Positions 18,966 through 28,221 are shown, counted from the stretch's first letter. The stretch is DNA of 64,000 nt from Alphaproteobacteria bacterium (GCA_009784275.1 WRCA01000002.1:4783-68782); one strand, 5' to 3'. A program made the numbers and translations. Notes: generated by a model from the sequence alone, not told the origin.

Positions 18966-19643
18966 TTATTCTATCATAATTTTGCCATTTGACAAAGTCG
19001 AGATTGCGGTTGGCGCGATTAATTCCGTGAATTTCTCTTGGTGAGATATAAATAGGAATGTTGTCTTTGTCATCTCGTTAATAACCTGTGCGAACAGCTT
19101 TTGCGCGGTGGCGTCTGCGCCTGAATCAGGCTCGTCCAGAATCGCCAGTTTCGGCTGCGTCATTAATAATCGCAAAAACATCAATCGCTTGCGCTCGCCC
19201 CCGCTGAAGCCCACATTAATGCTGCGGTTAAGCCATTCTTTTGGGATATCCAATCTTTCACGCGCAGCTTCTAATTTTTCCAGGAACTCCGCCATAGACA
19301 TGTTTTTGCCAGTTTGAAAATGCGTATGCGCGGCCAGCGAATGCTTTAGAAAGCTTACAACTGTTAGCCCTGGAATTTCCGGCACATTCTGCGCACCGAT
19401 AAAAATACCAAGTAAAGCTCTTGTTGTGGCATTTTCATTCGTTATGTCACGACCTTCAAAAATTATCTGGCCGGATTCGATTTTATAATCCGGATTTCCG
19501 GCGATAGTCTGCGCAAGGGTGGTCTTGCCGCTGCCATTTCGGCCACGAAGCAGATGCCGTGTCCCGTTCACGATTTCCAGATCAATATCATGCAGCAGGA
19601 TTTTCCCACCGAATGAGACAGTAAGGTTTTGTATTTTTAACAT
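18966..19643 (-). CDS. sufC: Fe-S cluster assembly ATPase SufC
   Basis: ABC ATPase with Walker A GRNGSGKTT and LSGGE signature; immediately downstream of sufB. Confidence 0.8.
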   Translation of the reverse strand: MLKIQNLTVSFGGKILLHDIDLEIVNGTRHLLRGRNGSGKTTLAQTIAGNPDYKIESGQIIFEGRDITNENATTRALLGIFIGAQNVPEIPGLTVVSFLKHSLAAHTHFQTGKNMSMAEFLEKLEAARERLDIPKEWLNRSINVGFSGGERKRLMFLRLLMTQPKLAILDEPDSGADATAQKLFAQVINEMTKTTFLFISHQEKFTELIAPTAISTLSNGKIMIE

Positions 19644-20932
19644 TTTAACGCCATTTGTATAAGTTGCTTTGATTCTACCAGGAATTCCATCGGCAGGCGT
19701 TGCAGCACTGGCGACGCCATTCCGCCGACAATCAATGCCGTTGCTTCGTCTTCCGGTATGCCGGACTGCGCCAGATAGAGCAGGGCGGAAGCATCGATTG
19801 CGCCTGTTGTTGCTTCCCAGCTTTGGTCATTTTCCCCATTGCCATGAATTATTGTTGGCAAGGTATTAAGTACAGCTGAATTTCCAATCATACGGCTGTC
19901 GCACTTTGCCGCACTTTTTGCACTATGTGTTTTCGGTGAGAATGACACAAGCGAGCGAAAAGTCTGCTGTGAATTTTCCATCGCAATTCCATAGGATACT
20001 ATATTGGAGCTCGTGCTATCTCCGATATGAATCATTTTTGTGCCGGTATCGGCTTGTTGTGTGCCGCGGGTAATGCCCAGTGAATAAAAGTCTGACTGTG
20101 CGTCATCGCCCGCCAAAATTGTCGACGGATATTTCCAAGTCTTTGCGCTGCCGATTTCTACCTGTGTCCAGAATAATTTTGCATTCTTGTCACACCGTCC
20201 ACGTTTTGTTACAAAGTTATAAATATTTTGCGCCCAATTTTGTACCGTCGCATATTTTACCAATGCATTGTCATGCGCGATAATTTCAACCACTCCGCTG
20301 TGCAGCTGGTGATTTGGGCGGCGCGGCGCGCTGCATCCCTCCAGATAAGATAATTCTGCGCCTTCATCGGCAATAATAAGGGTACGTTCAAACTGGCCGA
20401 TTTTCGCAGTTTCTATACGAAAATAAGACGCCAGATCAATCGGGCATTTGGTATTTTTGGGAATGTAAACAAAGGTTCCATCTGAAAATACTGCCGCATT
20501 TAATGCCGCGAAAAAATTATCTGTGTTGGACACTACCGTTCCCAGATATTTTTTTATTAACTCGGGATGTTTTTCGACTGCTTCGGAAAAAGGCAGGAAT
20601 ATAATGCCCAGTTTTTCCAACTCCGCGGTATAGCTGGTATGCACGCTGCGGCTGTCTATCACCGTATCTGTCGCCATTCCCATCAGCGCTTTTTTTTCAA
20701 TTTCAGGCAAACCCATCGCATCATAGACTTTTTCCAAATCGGAATTATCAATCGGCGCGGATTCTTTGTAATAATTTAACGAGTTATAATCGATCGGGTC
20801 ATAATCTATTTCGCCCCAATGCGGTTCCTTCATCTTTTGCCAGGCCGCAAAGGCCGCAAGACGCCAATCGGTCAACCACTTTGGTTCGGAACGTTTTTGG
20901 GAAATATCCAAGATTGTTTGTTTTGATAACAT
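19637..20932 (-). CDS. sufB: Fe-S cluster assembly scaffold SufB
   Basis: 431 aa; conserved SufB/SufD-family C-terminal beta-helix region. Confidence 0.8.
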   Translation of the reverse strand: MLSKQTILDISQKRSEPKWLTDWRLAAFAAWQKMKEPHWGEIDYDPIDYNSLNYYKESAPIDNSDLEKVYDAMGLPEIEKKALMGMATDTVIDSRSVHTSYTAELEKLGIIFLPFSEAVEKHPELIKKYLGTVVSNTDNFFAALNAAVFSDGTFVYIPKNTKCPIDLASYFRIETAKIGQFERTLIIADEGAELSYLEGCSAPRRPNHQLHSGVVEIIAHDNALVKYATVQNWAQNIYNFVTKRGRCDKNAKLFWTQVEIGSAKTWKYPSTILAGDDAQSDFYSLGITRGTQQADTGTKMIHIGDSTSSNIVSYGIAMENSQQTFRSLVSFSPKTHSAKSAAKCDSRMIGNSAVLNTLPTIIHGNGENDQSWEATTGAIDASALLYLAQSGIPEDEATALIVGGMASPVLQRLPMEFLVESKQLIQMALKC

Positions 20933-20935
20933 TCT

Positions 20936-21460
20936 CTAGTTATTGGCGGCCAGTTGTTTCGCCTGCGCCAGCAGAGTCATCGTTTGCCCCAGCAATCCGT
21001 CCGAGAAAGTTGCCGCCAGCAATCCATCTGAATCTGCCGTTGCCAAGTAAGTTAAAAACTTCGATGCATGATCCGAATAGCTGTCCGTTGCGCGCGCGAC
21101 AGTTGAATCCAATTTTATCGCTTGGCGAATTTGTTCCAGTATGTATGGATTTGCGGCATACTCATCCATCAGTCCGCCCGCCCACTGCCAAAGTGGATGT
21201 TCCGGTGTTTGTCGTGGTGTAACGTTTGCGGCCTTGGCGATTGGGATTAAATGTTGCAGCAGGTCTTGATAGATTATTTCTGCGTTCTGGGCAACGGCAT
21301 TTGTTGCCGCGCGAGATTTCAGCGCGCTTTGCATTTTTCCAATCGCGGCGGTCTGCAGCGCCAGTTTTGTATTTAGTGCGTTTATCTTGCGCAAGGTGAT
21401 CACGATTAAAATCGCTGATAGAAATCCGACCGCAGCTGCGAGTATTGAAAATATGTCCAT
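20936..21460 (-). CDS. hypothetical membrane-anchored protein (174 aa; N-terminal TM, Ala/Gln-rich helical periplasmic part)
   Basis: ORF track; divergent from the pilus-module promoter. Confidence 0.45.
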   Translation of the reverse strand: MDIFSILAAAVGFLSAILIVITLRKINALNTKLALQTAAIGKMQSALKSRAATNAVAQNAEIIYQDLLQHLIPIAKAANVTPRQTPEHPLWQWAGGLMDEYAANPYILEQIRQAIKLDSTVARATDSYSDHASKFLTYLATADSDGLLAATFSDGLLGQTMTLLAQAKQLAANN

Positions 21461-21534
21461 ATTGAAACCCTTTTGCTCGATTTTAACACAAATTTTCTTA
21501 ATCGCAAATAACTAGCGACAAGACACTTTAAGCC

Positions 21535-21564
21535 TTGACGGCGATTCGCACAAATTGCTATAAT
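21535..21564 (+). promoter_or_regulatory. sigma70 promoter TTGACG-18-TATAAT
   Basis: Read directly; about 30 nt upstream of the 21597 start with AAGGAAGG RBS. Confidence 0.65.
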
Positions 21565-21596
21565 TAGTTCAGTTATAAGGTTGCAAAGGAAGGATT

Positions 21597-22418
21597 ATGT
21601 TCCGAAAGTTCTTAATTTTCGCGCTTTTCGCGACAGCGTGCGGTTATGTTTTTGCGTCAGAATATGCGCCAGTATGGCCCGCCCCAGGCGATGAAGCGGA
21701 TATTCAGGTCATTAATGTCCCGATGGATTTCGATCCGGCCAGTGGTGTCGGAAACGAATTTTATTCAGATGATGCGGATAATGTTCGCATAGTTTCAAAG
21801 ATTGGCGCAGACTTGGTTGTTGAAAATAATTTCAATATGGCCGGCCGCGGCGAAGGCTTTTGGTCCGGCGGCGCTGATTTGACCCAGATATACCAAGCAC
21901 CTCCCGGATTCAATATGTATGAAGGTCAGGCAGAAATGCCGTTGATGCATGCCGAAATGATGGAAGATGATGGCGGTGCGGTTTTGGCTATGTCCCGATC
22001 CGACAGGGATAGAAGAAGCGCGAGAAGTCTTGATGCCGCAGGTGTGTATGCTGGCGGCAGGGCATCATCCGGCATGTTTATAGGGTCAAGCGATTCCGGT
22101 GATGATTTTGAATTCGAAGTCGAAGATTCTGCGGACCTTGGCAAAGCCGGCGCGGCAAAAGATCAGGTGCGCAGCTGGGTTGTTGCATCAGGACAGACTT
22201 TGCGGTCAGTTCTGCAAGAATGGTGTGATAAAGAAGGCTGGGATTTGGTGTGGAATACCGCGCGCGAATATCCAATTGCCGCATCTGCTGTGTTCAAAGG
22301 ACGCTTTATGGATGTATCAAGCGCATTGGTACGCAACTTCAGCCGCGCTGATCCCATTCCGTATGCAAAGTTTTACAAAGGCAACCGCGTTCTAGTTGTA
22401 ACAACTAATGAAGAATAA
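21597..22418 (+). CDS. secreted protein with TcpQ-like C-terminal domain (putative secretin partner/pilotin)
   Basis: Signal peptide; acidic low-complexity middle; C-terminal VASGQTLRSVLQEWCDKEGWDLVWN block reminiscent of the TcpQ/BfpG family; immediately upstream of the secretin. Confidence 0.5.
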   Translation: MFRKFLIFALFATACGYVFASEYAPVWPAPGDEADIQVINVPMDFDPASGVGNEFYSDDADNVRIVSKIGADLVVENNFNMAGRGEGFWSGGADLTQIYQAPPGFNMYEGQAEMPLMHAEMMEDDGGAVLAMSRSDRDRRSARSLDAAGVYAGGRASSGMFIGSSDSGDDFEFEVEDSADLGKAGAAKDQVRSWVVASGQTLRSVLQEWCDKEGWDLVWNTAREYPIAASAVFKGRFMDVSSALVRNFSRADPIPYAKFYKGNRVLVVTTNEE

Positions 22419-22452
22419 TAAATAGCCTGTGGTCAAAAGCTGGGAGAGATAA

Positions 22453-24009
22453 ATGAAAAAATTATTAAAACCAAGTTTACTTACTTTGGGCTTTGGGCTT
22501 TTGGCAGTGAGTTTGCTTTTTGGTTGCGCGAAAAAAGAAAGCGCGCAAGTCGCGGCAACTGTGGATCAAGATTTTATAAATGCTCATGAAGCTTTCGAGT
22601 TGTCCAAAGGTCCAAAAGCGCGGGTTTCCAATGATACGATTTCCACCAGCGAAGGCGTATGGTTGGGCAACAGGTCGACCATATTAGAACATAGAAATAA
22701 TCTGCCTGCGGAATTTGAAGACGATACAGGAATTACGATCATGCTGACCGAGCCTGTATCCTTGCAAGTCTTAGCCAATAATATTTATTCCATAACCGGA
22801 ATTCCGGTGAAAATAGACAGCCAAATAAACGCGGAAAAATTAAAGAAGACCATGGGGGTCGCTTATACAGGCAGGCTGTCGGGGCTGATGACCCAGGTTG
22901 CGACTGACTTGGATTTGCTGTGGTACTATGACAAAAGCAGCATTGTGTTTTATGAAACCGAAACGAAAACATTCACGCTTTTTGCGCTGGGGACGGATGT
23001 AAGTTATCAATCCAGCGTTCGCACGGAAGATGGTAATCAAGTTTCTCTGGAATCTAACTTGCGCGAATGGGAAGAAGTTGAGCACACATTGGAATCCATC
23101 ATAGGTGGCAACGGTGATGCGAAATTTACTGTATCACGCTCTTTGGGAACAATCACGGTTACGGCGCCCCCGTCGGTTCAAGCGCGTGTGGGCGACTATA
23201 TTAACAAACAGAACAAACGCTTGTCACAATTGGTGGCCATTGATGTAAAAGTTTTACAAGTATCGATTCAAAATTCATCGGCGTTTGGGTTGAACCTGGG
23301 CGCAGCGATCAGCACGGTTTCGGGATTGAATGTTGTGGCCAGTCCGACGACCCCGGTCAGCTCTCCGGAAGTAAGCGCGTTAAGTGTTGCGGTTCTTGCA
23401 ACCAGCGGCAGCTTGTCCAATCTTGATGGCAGCCGCGCACTGATAGAAGCATTGGCAAAGCAGGGCAAGATTTCCCTTGTCACGAATGTCGGCGTAACAA
23501 CCCGCAATAATCGTATCGCACCTGTATCAAATACTCGCAGCACCGGATATATCAAACGATTCGAATCGCGTAACTTTACTACGGTTGAATCCAGTACCGT
23601 TGATCAGGCTGATTTGGAAACAGGATTCTCGATGCAGCTGCAGCCGAATATATTGGAAAATGGAAAGATTCTGTTGCTTTTCAGAATGAGCGTGCGCGAG
23701 CTGATAGCGATGGGAACAACTAGAATCGGCGAAGTGACATTGCAATTACCTGATGTGGAAGAACGCAGCTTTATGCAGGAAGTTGTTATGGAATCCGGAC
23801 AGATGCTTGTGTTGTCGGGCTTTGAAAGACAAACGAATAATGATCAACGCTATGGGCTGGGTGATCCGAACTTTATGGCGTTGTCTGGGTCACGCGAATC
23901 CAGCAGCAATCGTGATGTGCTGGTTGTGATGTTGACGCCGCAAGTGCTTGTTTCCCCGATGGATGCTGAAAGAAGTATACAGCAACACTGGGGCGCCCCG
24001 CTTAATTAG
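22453..24009 (+). CDS. lipoprotein secretin (type IVb pilus / T2SS-type outer-membrane channel)
   Basis: Lipobox LLFGCAK; C-terminal secretin domain (VAIDVKVLQVS...; VLVVMLTPQVLV). Confidence 0.8.
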   Translation: MKKLLKPSLLTLGFGLLAVSLLFGCAKKESAQVAATVDQDFINAHEAFELSKGPKARVSNDTISTSEGVWLGNRSTILEHRNNLPAEFEDDTGITIMLTEPVSLQVLANNIYSITGIPVKIDSQINAEKLKKTMGVAYTGRLSGLMTQVATDLDLLWYYDKSSIVFYETETKTFTLFALGTDVSYQSSVRTEDGNQVSLESNLREWEEVEHTLESIIGGNGDAKFTVSRSLGTITVTAPPSVQARVGDYINKQNKRLSQLVAIDVKVLQVSIQNSSAFGLNLGAAISTVSGLNVVASPTTPVSSPEVSALSVAVLATSGSLSNLDGSRALIEALAKQGKISLVTNVGVTTRNNRIAPVSNTRSTGYIKRFESRNFTTVESSTVDQADLETGFSMQLQPNILENGKILLLFRMSVRELIAMGTTRIGEVTLQLPDVEERSFMQEVVMESGQMLVLSGFERQTNNDQRYGLGDPNFMALSGSRESSSNRDVLVVMLTPQVLVSPMDAERSIQQHWGAPLN

Positions 24010-24032
24010 TGATTTTCAAATCGGAACGCATT

Positions 24033-24091
24033 GCGCGGATTAACGGGGGCTCATGTACGCTTTTGTACACTACGCCCCCGCTAATCCGCGC
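24033..24091. repeat. 18-bp imperfect inverted repeat (GCGCGGATTAACGGGGGC / GCCCCCGCTAATCCGCGC) with nested 5-bp mini-hairpin in a 23-nt loop
   Basis: Read from sequence; 17/18 complementary; no downstream T-tract. Confidence 0.7.
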
Positions 24092-24141
24092 AGTCGGCAC
24101 AATTAATAAGAATGATTTAATTTTTTAGAAAGGAGAAAACT

Positions 24142-24615
24142 ATGTTTTACAAAATCGGATTTTTTGTTTTATTAGCAATCGTTATTGCGGGGGTATTTGT
24201 ATTTATACGCAGCAATCCTATGAAAAACGAGGGCGCGGCCAGCTGGACGGAATTCTATTCCAATGCGCCCGAGGAAACTATGAAGTTCCTTTCCGACAAT
24301 TTCGGAATCAAATCTGAAAAATTTGCCGACGGGGCAGAGAACAATGGTATGGATTATTTCAGCTTGAAAGCAAAAGGTCAATTTTGGCCGTTCGCCGGTG
24401 TCATGGATAATACTAAATTGCCAGTCGAAGGAAAAGTACCGCCGCATACAATGGTTTATTTGACTGTGAAAGATTATGATGCCACTCATGCGAAGATTGT
24501 TGCCGCTGGGGCGAAACCATTATTGGAAAGTCAATATGCGGCCGGTATGAAGTTCGGAATTTATGAAATTCCTGGTGGATTAACAATCGGTGTCGCACAA
24601 TATGGTGTGAAATAA
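24142..24615 (+). CDS. membrane-anchored VOC/glyoxalase-fold-like protein (157 aa)
   Basis: N-terminal TM; C-terminal MVYLTVKDYDATHAKIVAAGAKPL... beta-alpha-beta-beta-beta-like pattern. Confidence 0.45.
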   Translation: MFYKIGFFVLLAIVIAGVFVFIRSNPMKNEGAASWTEFYSNAPEETMKFLSDNFGIKSEKFADGAENNGMDYFSLKAKGQFWPFAGVMDNTKLPVEGKVPPHTMVYLTVKDYDATHAKIVAAGAKPLLESQYAAGMKFGIYEIPGGLTIGVAQYGVK

Positions 24616-24708
24616 AAACCGCGTCTGGGGGCGTAATTTTTATATTTTCATATTTTATTGTATTTTTTACTTGGAGTTTTTTCCTTTTTGTAATAAAATA
24701 ATCTCGTT

Positions 24709-25206
24709 ATGAGAGAGGAATTTTCACGTAAGTTCGCAATTTGTTTTGTTTCAGGCGCATTATTCGCGATGCCGTCTTTTGCGGACGAACCCCTCAAGGT
24801 TGCAAGCAAGCAATATGTTGATAGCATAGTGACGGTTTTGTCACAGCAACCGGATTGGAATCAGACAAATATAGGCAAACGCGATTATATAAAGAACAAG
24901 CCGACACTGGGCACCGCATCCGCTGCTGATACTTCTGACTTTGCAACTGTGACCCAGGGTACAAAGGCTGACACTGCGGTTCAGCCCGCGGCATTAAATA
25001 ATTATATTCCCATCTCGCAAAAAGCTGCTGCAAACGGGGTTGCATCGCTGGATGTTGGTACGAAAGTTCCGATTGCGCAGTTGCCAACAGGCACCAGCGC
25101 CACAACCATCGCAATGGGGAATGATTCCAGGTTCGATGCCGTGCCGACTTCGCAGCCTGTTGGCACCGCCCCCAGTGGATACGCTTGGATTTATTTGGAG
25201 TTATAA
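24709..25206 (+). CDS. secreted protein with phage-tail-fibre motifs (165 aa)
   Basis: Signal peptide ...AMPSFADE; motifs KRDYIKNKPTLG and ASLDVGTKVPIAQLP that resemble the YNDLxxKP and GKIPxxQLP blocks of phage tail fibres. Confidence 0.6.
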   Translation: MREEFSRKFAICFVSGALFAMPSFADEPLKVASKQYVDSIVTVLSQQPDWNQTNIGKRDYIKNKPTLGTASAADTSDFATVTQGTKADTAVQPAALNNYIPISQKAAANGVASLDVGTKVPIAQLPTGTSATTIAMGNDSRFDAVPTSQPVGTAPSGYAWIYLEL

Positions 25207-25230
25207 CAACCGTCGCATATGTGGCGATTT

Positions 25231-26085
25231 TTAATCAAGGGTTGCGTTTGCAAGACTGCCCGATCTTTTGAAAGCTTCTAATACATCTGCAGAAAGGGTA
25301 AATGATGGGACAGCATCAACTGCTGTCGCCGTAAATGTCGGTGTTCCGCCGCTGGTTTCAGTGCGCCCTTTCGAGAAAATACATGATTCGAAGTCAACTT
25401 GCGATGAAGAAATTCCCCCGCACTCTATGAAAGCAGACGCTGGGATTTTCAAGATAGTTCCGGCTGGTGCAAACGGTACCGCAGATACAGAAAGGGTTGG
25501 GGTGGTCGTCGGTGTTGTTGCTATACTTTCACAACCTGTCTTGGCGGAGTTCAATTTATAACCGCCTTTGCAGTCAAAGCTCCAGCAACCTGAACCGCGC
25601 CTTTCTGTCGCATTCGCCGGGAGACTTGCGACCGAGCTTGATACATCGTTGCACAATACCCTTTTCCCTTTCCATAAAGTAAAGCGGCTCATCCTGGGGC
25701 TGCATTCGCAACACTTCGCGACATAGGGGAATCGTAAATGCTCCGTTTGGTTAAGCTCATGCAGAATTTTATTGGGATTAGAAACAATCTGGCCACGGAT
25801 ACATTTAATTTCATCATTATTATATCTAGTTGTATAAAATTCAGTAGTTTTTGTTACCCCACCCATCATACTGTTATCTTTATCCGCAGCGATCACATCG
25901 AAGTTTTGACCCGTATGCATTATATTTCCATCTTCAAATCCGCCGCAGTATGAAAAACTTGTGCATACTGTAAGATCATTCTTTATGCTTATCAAATCGG
26001 AAGGAGTCAAATTTCCCGCGCACATTCCATCCATCGGCGCAAGTGCCATTAAAATTAAGAATATCAGGAGTTTATTTTTTAACAT
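25231..26085 (-). CDS. secreted Cys-rich, Thr/Pro-linker protein (284 aa)
   Basis: Signal peptide; 17 Cys; TTPTTTPT linker. Confidence 0.5.
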   Translation of the reverse strand: MLKNKLLIFLILMALAPMDGMCAGNLTPSDLISIKNDLTVCTSFSYCGGFEDGNIMHTGQNFDVIAADKDNSMMGGVTKTTEFYTTRYNNDEIKCIRGQIVSNPNKILHELNQTEHLRFPYVAKCCECSPRMSRFTLWKGKRVLCNDVSSSVASLPANATERRGSGCWSFDCKGGYKLNSAKTGCESIATTPTTTPTLSVSAVPFAPAGTILKIPASAFIECGGISSSQVDFESCIFSKGRTETSGGTPTFTATAVDAVPSFTLSADVLEAFKRSGSLANATLD

Positions 26086-26184
26086 TTCCTCTTTCCACTG
26101 GGTTGATTATACAAACAAATAATTTTTCAGGCAATGAGATATGAGGCTTAATATTAAATATATAATATATCCGTCAAATAAAAT

Positions 26185-26213
26185 ACAGGGGCGAATTATC
26201 ATTCGCCCCTGTG
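26185..26213 (-). terminator. intrinsic terminator for rpsT (CACAGGGGCGAATGATAATTCGCCCCTGT + U-tract on the minus strand)
   Basis: Hairpin plus T-tract directly 3' of rpsT. Confidence 0.7.
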
Positions 26214-26226
26214 TGATTCAAATTTT

Positions 26227-26487
26227 TTATGCGATTTTATTTGCTTTTTTGGCCAGGCGCGAAACTTTGCGCGCTGCGCGCTTTTTCGGCATGACTTTGC
26301 CAGCCGCTTTCATCAATTTGCTTTCCGCTGCGCGGGTTGCGGCAATCGCCACCGCTTTATCGCCGCTATCAATTGCCTTAACCGCTTTTTTTATCGCGGT
26401 TTTTGTGGCGCTGCGGCGCGCGGTATTAACCGCGTTTTTCTTTTCCGTTACCAGAATTCTTTTTTTAGATGACTTATGATTTGCCAT
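26227..26487 (-). CDS. rpsT: 30S ribosomal protein S20
   Basis: 86 aa, MANHKSSKKR..., Lys/Ala-rich. Confidence 0.9.
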   Translation of the reverse strand: MANHKSSKKRILVTEKKNAVNTARRSATKTAIKKAVKAIDSGDKAVAIAATRAAESKLMKAAGKVMPKKRAARKVSRLAKKANKIA

Positions 26488-26552
26488 AGTTTTTGTCCTT
26501 TTAATTATTGCAAGATTGGTGCTATTCTATATTCAATAAAGGAGAAAATCAA

Positions 26553-27209
26553 ATGATTTATGTGATTTTATTGGCGGCCGCTTATCTTTTGGGCAGCATC
26601 CCGTTCGGGTGGCTGATGGTGTGGCTGATGGGTAAAGGAGATATTCGCAAAGTTGGCACCAGTGGGGGAACCGGCGCGACAAATGTCGCCCGTGTTATAG
26701 GAATGCCGGGATTTTTATCAGTTTTCGCACTGGATATGGCCAAGACTGTTGCTGCGGTTTTATTGGGCGCTCACTTTGGGACACCCGCGTTTGGCGCTTT
26801 GTGCGGATTTGTTTCAATTGTCGGGCATTGCTTTCCCATTTGGCTTAAATTTAAAGGCGGAAAAGGTAACGCTAGCATGTTTGGTGTTTTATTGGCGGTA
26901 AATCCAGTCATGTTTGTTGTGGTCGGAATTGAATGGTTGATGGTTGCAATAGCTACAAAGTATTCCAGCCTGGGCGCGCTTGTCGGATTCCTGATAATGC
27001 CAGTTCTGGGCTTTGCAATGAGTTTCAAGATTGGTTTGATTTTTATCGCGATCGCGGTACTGTGCTTTTGGACACATCGCGAAAATATACAAAGATTGCT
27101 GAATGGCACGGAGTCAAAAATTCAAATGAATGTAAAAAAGCTGGCGATCGCGCTGGTTCTGATTGGATTATTGGCTTTGGGGCTGATCGTGGTATTCAAT
27201 GTTTTGTGA
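26553..27209 (+). CDS. plsY: glycerol-3-phosphate acyltransferase PlsY
   Basis: LGSIPFGWL...GSGxxGATNV motifs. Confidence 0.88.
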   Translation: MIYVILLAAAYLLGSIPFGWLMVWLMGKGDIRKVGTSGGTGATNVARVIGMPGFLSVFALDMAKTVAAVLLGAHFGTPAFGALCGFVSIVGHCFPIWLKFKGGKGNASMFGVLLAVNPVMFVVVGIEWLMVAIATKYSSLGALVGFLIMPVLGFAMSFKIGLIFIAIAVLCFWTHRENIQRLLNGTESKIQMNVKKLAIALVLIGLLALGLIVVFNVL

Positions 27210-28221
27210 AGCGCTTTTTCATAAACTCTTGATATTGAGGACGCCGGGTATCGGGCCTGTGAAGTATGCGCAGCTGCTCGAACGATTCGGATCCGTCGCA
27301 CTCGCAGTTGAATCGTTGCGCGCGGATCAGGCGCTTGTTGATTCTGTTCGGAGAGAGATGGATTTAGCGCAGCAACTGGGCATCATATATATATGTGATG
27401 ATCAACCAGAGTATCCGAAACTATTAAAGAATATAAAAAATCATCCGCCTGTTATTTCCGTGCGCGGAAATACTAATGCTTTGCGAAAGCCTGCGGTTGG
27501 AATTGTTGGCACGCGGCATGCCACTGCTGCTGGGATGCGATTCGTGCACGAGCTTGCATGCGGATTCGCATCGCACGGATACACGGTTGTATCAGGCATG
27601 GCCATGGGAACCGATACAGCGGCGCATAACGGTGCCTTGGCCGCACATGGTAACGAAAACACTATTGCTGTGTTGGCGGCAGGGGTTGATTATATATGGC
27701 CACTTGAAAATGAAAGGTTGTATCACTATATACTGGAACGCGGAGCAGTAGTCAGCGAAATGCCCGTGGGCAGCAAGCCGATCGCGAACAATTTTATCCA
27801 ACGCAACAGATGGGTTGCGGGAATTTCCGAAAAACTAATACTGGGGGAAGCAGATTTAAAATCAGGCAGCATGGCGACTGCCGAATTTGCACATGATTAC
27901 GGGCGTCCGGTCTTTGCAATACCCGGTCATCCATCCGATGCGCGTTCGTCAGGGCCGAATCGACTGATAAAACAGGGCAAAGCGATCCTTTGCGGAGGGA
28001 TTTTTGATTTTTTTGACGATGAAATGCAAAAACCGAAACCAAAAGCGCAAGAATCAAAAACTGAAAATCATGTGCTGGATAAGATTGGAAATATACCTGT
28101 GTCGGAATCTGTATTGACGGAACTTGTCAAAAAAGATATAGCAGAGATAAAACGAGAATTGGTAGTATTAGAACTGGCTGGAAAAATCAAAAAACTTGAC
28201 GCCGGATATGTGAAAATTTAA
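27199..28221 (+). CDS. dprA: DNA processing protein DprA (Smf)
   Basis: GIVGTRHATAAGMRF..., GxAxGxDxxAH Rossmann motifs. Confidence 0.85.
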   Translation: MFCEALFHKLLILRTPGIGPVKYAQLLERFGSVALAVESLRADQALVDSVRREMDLAQQLGIIYICDDQPEYPKLLKNIKNHPPVISVRGNTNALRKPAVGIVGTRHATAAGMRFVHELACGFASHGYTVVSGMAMGTDTAAHNGALAAHGNENTIAVLAAGVDYIWPLENERLYHYILERGAVVSEMPVGSKPIANNFIQRNRWVAGISEKLILGEADLKSGSMATAEFAHDYGRPVFAIPGHPSDARSSGPNRLIKQGKAILCGGIFDFFDDEMQKPKPKAQESKTENHVLDKIGNIPVSESVLTELVKKDIAEIKRELVVLELAGKIKKLDAGYVKI

